A DNA stretch of 64,000 nt. Origin: Oopsacas minuta. Its lineage: Eukaryota > Animalia > Porifera. Where the stretch lies: assembly GCA_024704765.1 (NCBI GenBank), contig JAKMXF010000005.1:62001-126000 (forward strand). The letters run 5' to 3'. Each line of letters opens with the position of its first letter. The stretch's first letter is position 1. Below are positions 38,095-50,538 of this stretch, one piece after another. The notes under the pieces are model-generated. The model was not told the DNA's origin. It saw only the letters and a program-made list of their open reading frames with translations, and did no database searches. The translations under genes were made by a program, and so were the position numbers.

Positions 38095-41000
38095 TTTCTA
38101 AGCAACAAATGAATCCTAGTTAAGATATCTTTGAAATGTACTTGATGATTATTTGGCAACATTAATAGTGCATAACACCTATTGTTGGGATAGCTGGATG
38201 TGATCCAAGTGGTATTTTTTGGCTAGATGAGGCCAAGACCTACCGTTTTCCTTTTTAAAGCTAAGCGATGCGAATTATAGTTTTCGCGATATACGGTGTG
38301 GACAGGTTTTCACCTGTTTGGGAACCAGGTCACACCAGGTTTAAATTGACTGTTCTTAATAGTAATAAATACAAATTACGCAAACTAATAAATTCATAAA
38401 AGAATCAATCAACTGACGCAAGCGTTGATAACCGCAAGATTGATTATATGTGCATTCCTATGGTAGTTTGTATAGAATTCATCAGCATTATTTCAGATAG
38501 TGCCTAATACAATTTTCTCCATAGGATTTGGTTTATTTGGGAGATTTTCGTAACTTCGTCAGTTTCCATCCGATTTTTGAGTTCGAAAGCTCTGTTGCGT
38601 AGGATTTTGACCTGCGAAGGATTTTGACGCGCAAGTAGCAATTGCAAATCAAGTAATATCGACATTTCATCCCCTAGTCACATACTATTCGTATTTATAC
38701 ATGTGGGACTTCCTAAATGCACATACTAACATCTTACTTTGTTTCTAGATTTCAACATCAACACTTATATTTACTTTTGACATTTTTCATTATGGATGCG
38801 ACAAAGTATGAAGCAATTCGTGGATAACTCCAGACGAATATTATCCCACCGGAAATCAAGAGTGATCGCTACAGCAAGAAGAGTTTCTCAGAAAGTGCAA
38901 GGGGATTTACTTTCAAGAGAATAAGCTAATGAAGGTATAATCCTGAATGATATTTTTGATTTATACTTATTTCCGGGACATAATTAGAAATCTTGAGGTA
39001 ATTACATATCTGCGAGGAGGCAGATATGTAGTTGCCTCATTAAATTTGCGTACCACAGGGAGATGAGAAGGGCGAAAACGCTAGGGGGCTCCTCTGCCCC
39101 TCAATGCTACCTACAACCTCTGAGTTTAACTGAAACAATTTCTTGTAGATTTTCAGAAAGAAAATGGCTGGGTGAAATATTTGGAGATTCCACTAGTCTC
39201 AGAAATTAACAAAATTATCGGATTCTATCACAATGTCACTCATCCTGGAATCAATACTACCATTGATGGAATCGGAAACAAATATGATTGGAATGGTATA
39301 GACAATGATGTTGGATATTATGTGAGTTACTAAATTACGTATTTCTTTCATACATGATTTTCCAAGAAAATGTGGCTGAGAACACAGACTTATCAACCCT
39401 CCAGGGATCCCAGGATTACAAATTCTGAAAATCCAGGGATACTTGCGAAAGGGGTTGGTAAGTCTGAGGACAGCATGTATTTTATAGTTTGAGGTTATTC
39501 ACCTTGTAATTATTCTACTGTATACAGCTTTATTTGTACTATTGTAAAATTAATATTGTGCGATCTGATGATATTTAGTATACCGGTATACAATTTTATC
39601 ATATGGAAATCTATTTGTGCGGTACAACCAACCAACCATGTATCTAACAACTAATGACCCTTGTGGTAGTTAGTAATTGGGATAGGTAGTGGGAGTATTT
39701 CACATAAACATATTTCCCAACCTGAGTGAAGAAAAAGCGGGACAGAATGCTAATTTAGCGGGACATCTGGAATGTAGCAAACATTAGACTGGACTACAAA
39801 CTGACAATTAAATCATTTCCCGTCCTAGATCCGAACTTGCCATGACTGTCAAACCTCTGCTGCTCTACCTCCTCAGCCACAACGAGGCTTCAACCTATTC
39901 CTCCTGAAGAACCATGGTGTCATTGTGGAATTGATCTCATATGCAATATGTCCCGCACTGTACTTGGATTTCAGCACATTCTTGTCATCGTGTGCTACCT
40001 GAGTAAATTTATAATTGCCCGACCACTCAAGACTAAAACTTCTAAAGAAATATTAGATTGTTTACAGGAAATTTATCTCTCGTTCGGTGTACCTAACATC
40101 CTCCAACATGATCAGGGAACAGAATTCTCAAGCAAGGTAACTCATATTTTTACATACTCAAGATTAGTAATTGTAAATACACCAAGTAAATTATTCCCGA
40201 TACACAAAACAACTTACTATATTGGATATACGTACGTAACATGTTGCATTGTCAATTGTCAGCGCATTGCTTCAATATATACCCTGGTAGGAAATTGTGC
40301 ACCCTGATGGCTATATTTAAGAACCGTGTGGAAAATTGGATTTTAATTTATGTTAAATACTAATAAATAAGAATTTCCGAATTAATGCCTACTACCTTCG
40401 GATGGAAAATTTACCAGATTAATCGTTTTATCTTTCTAACTATTGTTGTACAAGACTAAATACATGCGCTTAGTAGATTGTTATCGTTCTCTTAGTTACT
40501 TTCAAAATAGGAATTTCAAGAATTTCACAAAAAGATAAATGTCAACACCAGAAGAACCACAGCATACCACCCACAAAGTAACTGACTTGTTGAGTCACAC
40601 AACAGAATATTGAAAACGTGAGTAATGATGCTAAGTATAAATATATATATATATATCTATTCAAAGCCTTACATACGTTTAATATACGTCGTTTATAATT
40701 AGATAGCTTTGAATTAATTTAACACTTTTACAAATAGAAAAATCAACAAGATGTAATCTGATGGGGACACTAAATGGACAGAGAAATTACAGACAGCAGT
40801 ACTGGCAGCAAATACTCAAACCAAAATCTCTACAAGCTACACACCCTTTTATCTCATGTTTGGGAGAGACTTTGATTCATCTAACCTTCTCAATCTTATC
40901 ACTTCTCCAACTAACCCCGGATTACTAACCGAAGTTGTTATCTCAGAGGCAGAAGTATCAGAAGATGAGAATATTCAAATGGATGCAAACGAACCACGCC

Positions 41001-43981
41001 CATTTGACTTTCCTATAATTGATAACGAATGGATAGAAAATCTTTCTTCCACACGTAAAGCCGACAGGATGACTGCTATTAAAAACATCAAGGCCGGCCA
41101 GAAAGTTCAAAAGAAAACATATGACAGCAAAGTTAAACACAACAGGTAAGAAATAACGAAACACATTCTTGTGTGATGTAACATGTTGGAATTTCATATA
41201 TCATCTCTTACTAAAATTAAATTAAATTCACTGACTGTTCTATAATCCGATAAATATGAAATAATCTTGAATCGGAACTAATTTATTGTTTCCTCAATTA
41301 TATGAATTATTAAATTCCAAAACACTTACTTTTAGTTATATCATTAGCATCATTACAAACTGTACGTAATTGGCACATTATAATTCTTTGTATAATTATT
41401 GTGTAAACTTTAGATCAGAATTTGTGGAAGGAGATGAGGTACTTGTGCATAATATAAAGAAAGCCAAGCGACACCCAGGAACAAAAGATGCAAAGAAATA
41501 TTTGGGGCCATATACGATAGAGAAAGTTAAACCAAGCCACCTAGTTGCTCGCAAAGATCCAGATAGCAAAACAACAAAATTACCTATCCATCTATCAAGA
41601 AAATATCATTCTCGCATGAACGAAAAACGGCAGGTTCGAACGAAGACAGGCAAATCAAAGAAGTCCAAAAGATCTTGCAAATTCCCTTCTAGCGGTAAAT
41701 ATATTAGCGAGACAATATTGTACTGAACTATAACTAATTGACTCAGCCCATGATTAAGTACATATAGACTAGTTGTGTTCTGTATTGATTCGATTAATAC
41801 GTAATAGCAATCCTACATTTCACATATTTATTTGTATTTAGATTCTTTGGATGATATATTGAACCTGGATACCATGGAAGAAACATTTGAAACACCGCAA
41901 CAACACTCAACCTATGAAAATATCGACTCTGAGCTATTTCAATTGAAACCTCGAATACTATCAGCCCTTGTCAATAACACATACTTAACCTAACCACATG
42001 AGAAACTCGCTACAAAAGCTGCATCTCTAACTTCATTGATTTTACTATAGTCTTACCATCCACCCAACGAACAAGATTTTGAGATTAAGGAGAAACTTGC
42101 TGTATCAGCCGATAATTGGTACGCAGAATATCGTTCCTCCTATCCTACTGAAATACTTGAAGAGACACGAAAAGATCTTGGCTATCCAATTGCTGTTCTA
42201 TTACCAGTAATAATTGAGTTAATATTCCCAACTGAGCAAGCTCATGAGATCATTGAAATACCAGAACAATCTATACAAAATGCATCAGATCTTATACATA
42301 TCCTAAATGGAGGAGAGTATAACAACATCGTGCAATCTAACACCTGTTCTATCGACAATATATTGGCTATTCTTAGTTCGAATAAAGCAACCATCATAGA
42401 CTCACTGAAGTTAATCGGAAGTACACATATTGAAGCTGAATTCCACTACATATTCGAATTGGCTGCTAATTGTGAACTTGAGAAACTTCGAGAATATGTT
42501 GCTACTAAAATTGGGCTTGAAGTTATTTATGATTCCTCAGGATTGATACGGACTTACGATGTCTTTAGATCAGAGGGTAACATCATCAAATATTTGCGAA
42601 CAGAAGATTTGTGCAACGACAAATATTTCACTATCTTCCAATGCCACCAATGCACCAGTATCTTGAGACACAATCCATGATTAGTAATATAGGAGGCGTT
42701 ATTACAAACCTGGAATCATCTGTTAATCGAAGTCTCGTTCCTATTAAATGCAAGTCTTGTGGATCAACTACTGCTGTCTTAGAGAGGATATCTGGTCAAT
42801 TCAAGTCAATACCTGTCATGCTAACAATTGAAATCGGACATCTACCCGAATTGCCAGACATTTTTGCAAGTGATATTGACAAACACTTTACCATCAGTCA
42901 CAACCAACGGACACTTCACTACCAACTTGCTGGCTTAAGCATATTGAGTAATAGACACTTCTATTCAATCCTTTACCAAAACGGGCAATTCTATAAATAT
43001 GACGGAATGAGAAAACCAATTATCCAACTTTGGGACTGTGACACTTTCATCGGATCACTCAATACTGTATTCTACCTCTTGCACTCTTCTGACTAATTCT
43101 TAGCGATTCACGACTCTTTTCCATCATTCGAAAGCGCTCAAAGGCAAGGTACATCGAACCTTGTGGGGACCTCTGCCCGAGGTTATTCAGGCAACGCAAT
43201 CCCTATAATGGTGAGCCCAAACAATGGAAACGCGACCTGCAACAGCACATCCACAGTGGCGAATATCACACTCCACCATCTAAGTATATTGCGAGAAAGA
43301 TAGCGCAACTGACGAGTCTACACCAATGCGAAATACAGCATGGAATCTGATACACACGAGTTTCTTATCTATTTTATATTTTTAATGTTTCCTTGTTTGT
43401 GATCATTCGGGAACCGTTAGCTCCTCGTGTGTCTGTTAAATTACGATTTATTGTACATATTCGTTTATGTTGCAGCTTAGAATTGAATTTGGTGTGATCT
43501 GGCGCCATCACATCAAACTCACTCCTACACCGCACACATAAACAAGGTGAGGTTAACGTTAAACGTTTAGCGTTAGAGGGTGGCTGTAAGGGGAAGGACG
43601 AGGCCACTGCAGCTGACTTGTTTTGTTTATAGAAATCTAGTGTTTTCCAGGAAGTATGCAGCGTGCCAGAGGCTCGCGGTTTTCACCTCAACTCGATATG
43701 TGAATCAACGTTATACCAAGACTCCCATAACAAATGCATAGTCTACGCTTGTCCAATAGATGAACAAATTTCAGTGGTATATTCCTTAAAGCTTGTCAGG
43801 AAGTATAGAGAAATGGGCAAAGATGAAATCGCCTACAATTCGTACTTAAGATATTCCGAATATTCATTATCATGCTAATGCTTGTAAAAATTTTGTTATT
43901 TGATAGATTATATTGCAATATATAGATTGAAATGTTAAATTATATTATTTATTATGAGTTATTAAATACAATTATCAAATA
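38095..43981. repeat. Right arm of the 5887-bp inverted duplication
   Basis: Reverse complement of 29515-35401. Confidence 0.96.
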
Positions 43982-44411
43982 TCTACCACCTTCTGTCAAA
44001 ATAACATTATTATAAAATTTTTATATACACTGTCCATTTTTGGCAATTATACATATTGTAAATTTGTTATACGTACTGGGAATATAGTTTACATGCTATC
44101 AAATAAATTCACTACTTTCTAGAATCCAACTCTATATTGACTTGTTTATTCAGTTGCGTATACGTATAAGTATAGCAAGTCTAAAATTGAACTACACCAC
44201 GTACATTTAGTGGTAATACGTAATGAAAGTGTATGGAATTCGAAATGTCAAATGACAAAGAAGTAAGATTATTTTAGAGTAAAAATCCAGCGACAATAAT
44301 ACGTTTTGATGCGAGTCATAATCCTAAGCAAATATTACATCGTAGGATTTTGACCTGCACCATGGATATGCTATTGGGATTTTGTATTGCGGGTCAAAAT
44401 CCTACGCAACA
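38593..44411 (+). mobile_element. Ginger-type transposon, right copy, chimeric
   Basis: TIR at 38593, and TIR ending GGTCAAAATCCTACGCAACA at 44411. The flanks GCTC and GACC do not match. Segment 43982-44411 is homologous to, but clearly diverged from, 29004-29514 and has fewer subterminal repeats. Confidence 0.88.
38792..43096 (+). pseudogene. Spliced Ginger integrase fused to a USP-like protease, 7 exons (mirror copy at 30400-34704, minus strand)
   Basis: Exons 38792-38934, 39157-39321, 39829-40136, 40511-40617, 40738-41145, 41414-41694 and 41842-43096, all joined by GT-AG introns in compatible phase. Motifs: H2C2 finger (H...HPG...YDW...CHDC), DDE (GIDL, HDQGTEF, LVESHN), TPFYLMFGR, GPY, then NTCSIDNIL, CHQC/CKSC and RHFY...YKYDG. 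Several premature stops and about 3 frameshifts. Confidence 0.88.
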
Positions 44412-44415
44412 GACC

Positions 44416-47400
44416 TCAATTTATCAAATGGTCAACTACATAACATCTGCCAATTTATGAAACGCAAAGGGCTGCGCACGCCAAATACTCGAATTACGCA
44501 AGTCTTGAAAAAAACAGAACGTAATTGATCTTTTCGAATCAGCTATCGTCGAACTTGAAGACAACAATGGTGACAAATCTCCAACTAAAGTGGTCTATTG
44601 TAACAACATTTCTCAGCTTTTGAAACGAGTGAAAGAACTTCGTCGAAATCTTCTTCAACTAAATTGTTATTGTATCGATCACGGCAAGGATTGGTTGAAA
44701 GTTGTTCTCAGTCCTATACACGGTCTTCAATATGTTGATAGCGTTAAGGGTGCTTTACTAGTTGCAGTAGTGAACTGTATCGAGACGCCTTTTAACATTC
44801 AACAGATTATTGGACCTATAGATGTAACCCTAGAGCATCATACTAATGTTGTACCGTGTGATTTAAAGGTCTTATGTCAAATTCTAGGAATCAAAGGCGG
44901 AAATGCTTGTCATCTTTATCCATACTGTCTGTATAACAGAGTGGTGAACATGGAATTATGCGAACTGGTAGCCATTTTTGATGAAATATATACAAAATTC
45001 AAAGAATTGTATAAATGCGCTCCGCAGTTCGCTAAAGAATGCGGTGGAATTTACAGACCCAGAATTTATCCAACTTTGAGAATCCATTACATTCCTTTCC
45101 TATCCCTACTGTACATGGTATTCTTAGTCTTAGCGAAAAATTATTGGACAAAATACCTATGAAGCTCTTGGGAAAAGTGGAATATACAAAGTTTGAAGAT
45201 CCACAGTGGCACGGAATGTGGAAATAGGTGAAAATATTATAACCTCAAATTGCTTTATAATGTTGATATTTGAATTCAGCACCCCCACAAACCTCGGAAA
45301 ACATTTGACATCTCTATAATAGACTTTCCATTTAGCTCCCACATCTATTCCAATGAGAGCATAATTGAAATTCGAAAGATTGATTTATGGTTTCAATTTT
45401 TGGTCGTGATGTAATTTTGAATAATTTGGATTCTCCACGTCAAATAACTGCTATTTATAGTATACCAATCGAAAACTCTTATGTCGCTGAATAGTAAATC
45501 ACGTTAATCTTGGCTCCAATGAACAGATGGAATTTACTATTCTCATTTTAAACAAGCTTGTTCGTACAAGTGCAATAAATAGAAACAGGTTTCATTAAAA
45601 CTCTAGTACTCTTTTTGCCTTCACTTGCGGAACTTTCCATTACACTTTCCTAATAGCTCTTTTCGTCTTCAACAAAATACACACTAAATTAAGGTGTCAG
45701 GAAGTGTCAAGGATATTTTTTTGCGATTTTAAATGTAATCCATTCACAATTATCTAATTTTTGGCCCATATAAATCATAGATAATTGTTGTGGTTGTTTA
45801 TTAGCACATTTTTCATTATGAATAACGAAGATGCATACACGTTCTTAACTGCACAAAAGAACAAAACAATCACTTCTCTCGCGTCCTTGTTTATTGTCCT
45901 CAATAATTTGGAAGAAACAGAGCATGATACAGTTCGGAGAAAATTTTCGACCCTCAGAGAAGATAGGAGAGAATACCTGAAACGAGCCGATATAACTACT
46001 TGGAATTCAATACCTTTTCACACACCACTTAAACACCCGAGATTAAGTACAGGTTATCAATGCTCAGATGAAGTCATGGTAATTGGGAGTGTTTCTTCTA
46101 GCCAATCAACCTCTGTTTTCGAAGAAGATTTTAGTAAGCCCACCCGTAAGCCTCTGAGGGAATTATCAACTAAAGGTTTTCGCAACCGATTGTCCTCTTT
46201 ATTAACACATCTTGAAAAAGTTGTTGTACAAGAGAATGTTTCCAGTCAAGAACTATCCTGTTACCTGATGATGCTATGTTCACAGACTGAATACGACTTT
46301 ACTACTACCAAGTTCTGTAAAGAAATTATTGCTAAGGGAAGCTTCGGTCAAATCTGTAATAAACTAACCTGCGATAAAGCTGCGTTCTTGATGGATTCTT
46401 TAGAAATTGGAAAGAAGAAATACATCGATTTAAGATGTTTATTGCTTTCAGATGTCAGCTTCCAGGTTACAATCGATTAGCTACCCATCGATCTCAAATT
46501 TGCTTGACTAATGACATCTTTTCAGTTGATCGAGAACATCAGGTAGGCATTGCTGTATCTTACAAAAAGCTTCTGACTCATACAGTAAACAGAATATTGA
46601 CTGCTTCTGCCAATGAAATTCCAAGCGCCAGCAATCCTAAAAAGATTCGAATTTCAGATGGACTTGACGGTTCTGGCTCTCACCCAGTTTATCAGCAGGC
46701 GACTCACTCCAATATATCAACAAAAAGTTTTATTTTATTCGGGTTTAAGGTGATTTCCATATCCGACATCGATAACAAACAGATTTGGAAAAACCCTCTA
46801 CCAAATTCTCCTTTCTCAATTAGACCAGTTGCGATACTAGCTCTACAGGAGAACGAAGACAATATTCGATATCTTATGGATACACTAATCAATAAGGAGT
46901 CCACAGAGATAACGGAGAAGGGTTTAGAACTAACAAGCGGATTTTGTGAAGTTGAAATTCAACGTTCATAATTGGATGGCAAAATGGCTAAGATTATTAG
47001 TGGAGCTGGGGGGTGCATGTTGCCAGTTGCACAGCGACATTCAAACAAATCCATAATCCGGATATCGTAAAAGACGGTTTTCCAATTAATCGATCCATCA
47101 CAGACCTCAAAGTATTATTTGATGAAGTTAACGAAGAGGAGTTTCTATCATTATCTTCTGTCAACAGATTCAACGTTACACACAGACCAATATCTGACTT
47201 AGAAATCATACCCAGTTCGCCTTTGCATGCATATCTCCGATGTTTTGGCTGGTTTTTACATCTAATTAACCATTTGCTCGCAGGAGTATGTAAGTGGTCA
47301 CCAACTTCTAAGAGAGTCTCAGATGCTAAAACTTTCGTTACAAGTTTAATTAAAGACAATCTCAATATTATCATTGACACCCCTTCAACACAAGGTGGCA

Positions 47401-48800
47401 CAACGACTACTGGTAATGTGGTAAGACAATGCTTGATAAGAAAGGATGGCAACGATCATGATTTCCTCTACCGGGTTTTGACAGTGATCCCGCCTGAGTT
47501 CAAGTCCCACATAATTGAAATTCACACATGCCTAGGAGCAATCCTACGCGTCTATAATAGCAGCAGAAGAGTGGATACAGAAGAACTAGCGCTTGTTTAC
47601 AGTAATATCTACCAGTCAATTCTCTGTGCATTTCCTTGGGCTAATGTTCCCCCGACGTTACACAAACTGTTAGCATATGCACCGGAAATCATCTCAACGT
47701 TTAATGATGGACATGGGCTAGAGAACTTATCTGAAGAAGGACTAGAGGCTTCTAACAAATATATTCGGAGATACAGAGATCGTCTTGCTCGCAAGTTTTC
47801 ATTTGAAAAAATTTTAAGGATGTATTTGTTCGATTGATTTCTCACAGTGATCCCATGCTGTTAATGAATCCCAAGTATTCTATTCCAAAGCCTCCATCTA
47901 TCCAAGGACTTAGAAGTGGCCAAGATATTTAGTTAACACCCTTAATCGTGATCAAGAAGATCATAATGATGATTAAAAGTAAACCTCTCAATCGATTAAT
48001 AGAAAATTTGGGGAATTTTCACACCTCAGATAGGTGACAATGACGTCATAACTTTGTCACCTGAAGGGATAGAGAAAAATGAGTACACCATTCGATTTGT
48101 TGGGATCGAAAACCTAAATGACAATAATACATTTTGAGGACCTATGTGCCATCAAAATGCCTATTTCCACATCTGACCATTTCGTGCCACTGTGAAGAGG
48201 GTTCATCATTCCATTAGTAGGTCCAAGACAACAATATCATGGAGGATCATATACTGGTAACAAATCCGAAAAGCTCATTGACAGTTTTAATCAAATAGAT
48301 CTTGGTAATTTCCCTCCCTTGAACCTCTAATACCTGTATTAGAGTCGGCAAGTAACCTAATCCACAAAGTGTTTGGTATAATACTCCTTGAAGGTTGGCA
48401 GAATGGCATACATGAGTTTCGTAATTCCTATGTCGAAATGCAACGAAAATGTGTTCAGATTCTGAATAAATCTGGTTTTGGCGATTGTGAAATTGGTACT
48501 GATCGGAAATTGGAAGAGATGCACTTGCATCCTACGAGATCAGCTTCTAGAAAGCTTTTCAATATCAGGCATAATTTAACACCTAGTACAAAACTTCATA
48601 TACTGCTCGACCATCTAGAAGAATTCTTATTACTTGAATAGAGATCGTCCAGATTCTCAACCACTAGATTTGGGATATTTCGCAGAATCATACTTGAATC
48701 GTCTCATCACACATTGAAGGATCATTTACCCGATACAACGGTGTTAACAAACTCTTAAGAAGTGTAGTGGAGTTTATTGCCCAGAGTATTGGATATTTGA
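44416..48800 (+). mobile_element. Chapaev-like transposase remnant, split by a Transib insertion
   Basis: Before the Transib: IDHGKDWLKVVL and PCDLKVLCQILGIKGGNACHLYPYC. After it: YHGGSYTGNKSEKL, TPSTKLHILLDHLEEF and LGYFAESYLESSH. The 5' part is lost at the Ginger end. Confidence 0.75.
45202..48194 (+). mobile_element. Transib element (RAG1-core-like transposase) with CACAGTG termini
   Basis: CACAGTGGCACG at 45202 and CGTGCCACTGTG ending at 48194. ORF pieces at 45785-47920 give ISDGLDGSGSH, NSPFSIRP, LDGKM...C(Q)LC, SPLHAYLR, PTLHKLL, SEEGLEASNKYIRRYR..LARK and SDP. Three frameshifts and one stop. The TSD is imperfect (AAGAT+C / AAGAG). Confidence 0.92.
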
Positions 48801-50517
48801 GAGAAAACATAGAGAAAGATAGCATCGCAGTATACTAAGAAGTTTAGTATATTACATTTTGAAAATTAGTATGTAGAATATTCATATAGTAATTGAGTAA
48901 TTATTCAATGTGTATGTGTATTAGAAACTTGAAGTTCCATAATATTAGTGTAAAATAATTTTAAATGAGGAGTTGAAGAAAATTGTTGATTTCTAAAAAG
49001 GTGACCAAAAATTACTCTGTCCGACATTCACAGAATATCTACCATATTTCATCAACCAACGTTCACAATGTTCAGAATCTTGTGTGCCCCCTAAATCCAT
49101 CTAGTTGTGTGATAGAAAGTGATTTGTGCGACTTCTACACTAGTGAAATCCATAATATACTCATGTCTTGTGTCGAATGAAACACTTGTACTGTTGTCGA
49201 TAAAAATCAGGGGAATCACAATATACTTATACAATATTCCAATCAAACAGAGTTATAGCTAAATATTAGAGTAGGTATTGGGTAATCGCACTGAAAAATA
49301 GACCGATGACAGAGTTTTAGCATATAAATAACAAATAACGAAAACATACAGTATTCTACCTCCAGACAGAGGGAGGGGCATAACTCATGAAAATGATTTA
49401 AACCCACTGATGAAACTTTTTTCCTATTGCACCAATATATATACAATCCAAAATTAGCACATTTTATTGGTGTCTCTCCAAAGGATTTAAACTCAATTTT
49501 TCAAGTGGTGAGATCGAAACTCTATAGACGCTTGACAAATTGTGTGTTACGATTAAGAATTAGCAACTTACACAAACACAACTTCACATATCACAACCTA
49601 CTGTGTCGCAGGGGGAGAGACTCGCCAATTCAAATTCATCTCACATATGGTGATTTATTCAACACACCTTCATCCTCTCATTATACCCCAATGACACAGT
49701 ATTTCCCTAAGATAGAAGAATTCAATAGTACAAGAAGTGAATTTCAAGTAATTAGATTCAATGGTTGTGTTGAGTAATATTTATATTAATGGAAAATATC
49801 TCTAGATTTGATAGCAAGATAAAAATAACAAATTGAACGGATAGACTATTTAGAACAACAGTTACTACAGTTACGTTGCAGGTAGGACAAACTTTTAAGA
49901 TTCTTAAAACAAGTAAAACATGTGTGTATGTGTGTGCATTTGGAGTGTACTATCATAGTATCTATATATTTGGAGTGTATATAAATAAGGAAATTATAAA
50001 CTATACCTTTCTTTCAATTTGATTACCTAAAGGGAGTAGCGATGCACAAATGCTATATTGATCAGCCAATATTGGATCATTTTAGTAGGGGGTTTATGTT
50101 AATAAGGCGCAAATGGTCCATTAAATCAACATTAACATAAATTACTGAATTCTTTAATTAATGAACTTGTATGGTACATTCCAAGTCTACATGGAAGTAA
50201 CTTAATAGGGAATATATTAAGTACATTTTCCCGATATATCAATACTTTGATCTTCACTGGTATAAATACTTAACTTTGGAACTATTTAGAAATAAATTCT
50301 AATCAACAACCTACAACTACAGGGTCGCAAACCTGTGCGTGGTGACCCTGGCCACCCTTTTTAACCAATTTGCTCCGAACTTATGAGAACATTGTAATAG
50401 TAAGTACACATTGTAATTACAATCTATATAATTACCCGTTCACCCTTTATCTCAATTTAGTGCGAAAATGGGAGTCGTAGAAGGAGGCAGTGGCAACTAC
50501 AGCGACGCTGCAGGAGA

Positions 50518-50538
50518 CAACAACAACAACAACAACAA
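50518..50538. repeat. (CAA)7 microsatellite in a short GC-richer segment
   Basis: Directly visible. Confidence 0.9.

Noticed and set aside
29004-44411. Gypsy LTR retrotransposon, or one giant 15-kb element with multi-kb TIRs (Polinton/foldback)
   Set aside because: No LTRs, gag, protease, RT, PolB or capsid genes. Each half has its own short TGT...ACA TIRs and the left half has its own TSD. The outer flanks (GAGC / GACC) do not form a TSD.
45202-48194. RAG1-RAG2 (ProtoRAG-like) transposon
   Set aside because: The 3-kb element holds a single transposase, with no kelch/PHD RAG2-like ORF, no RING or N-terminal RAG1 region and no nonamer.
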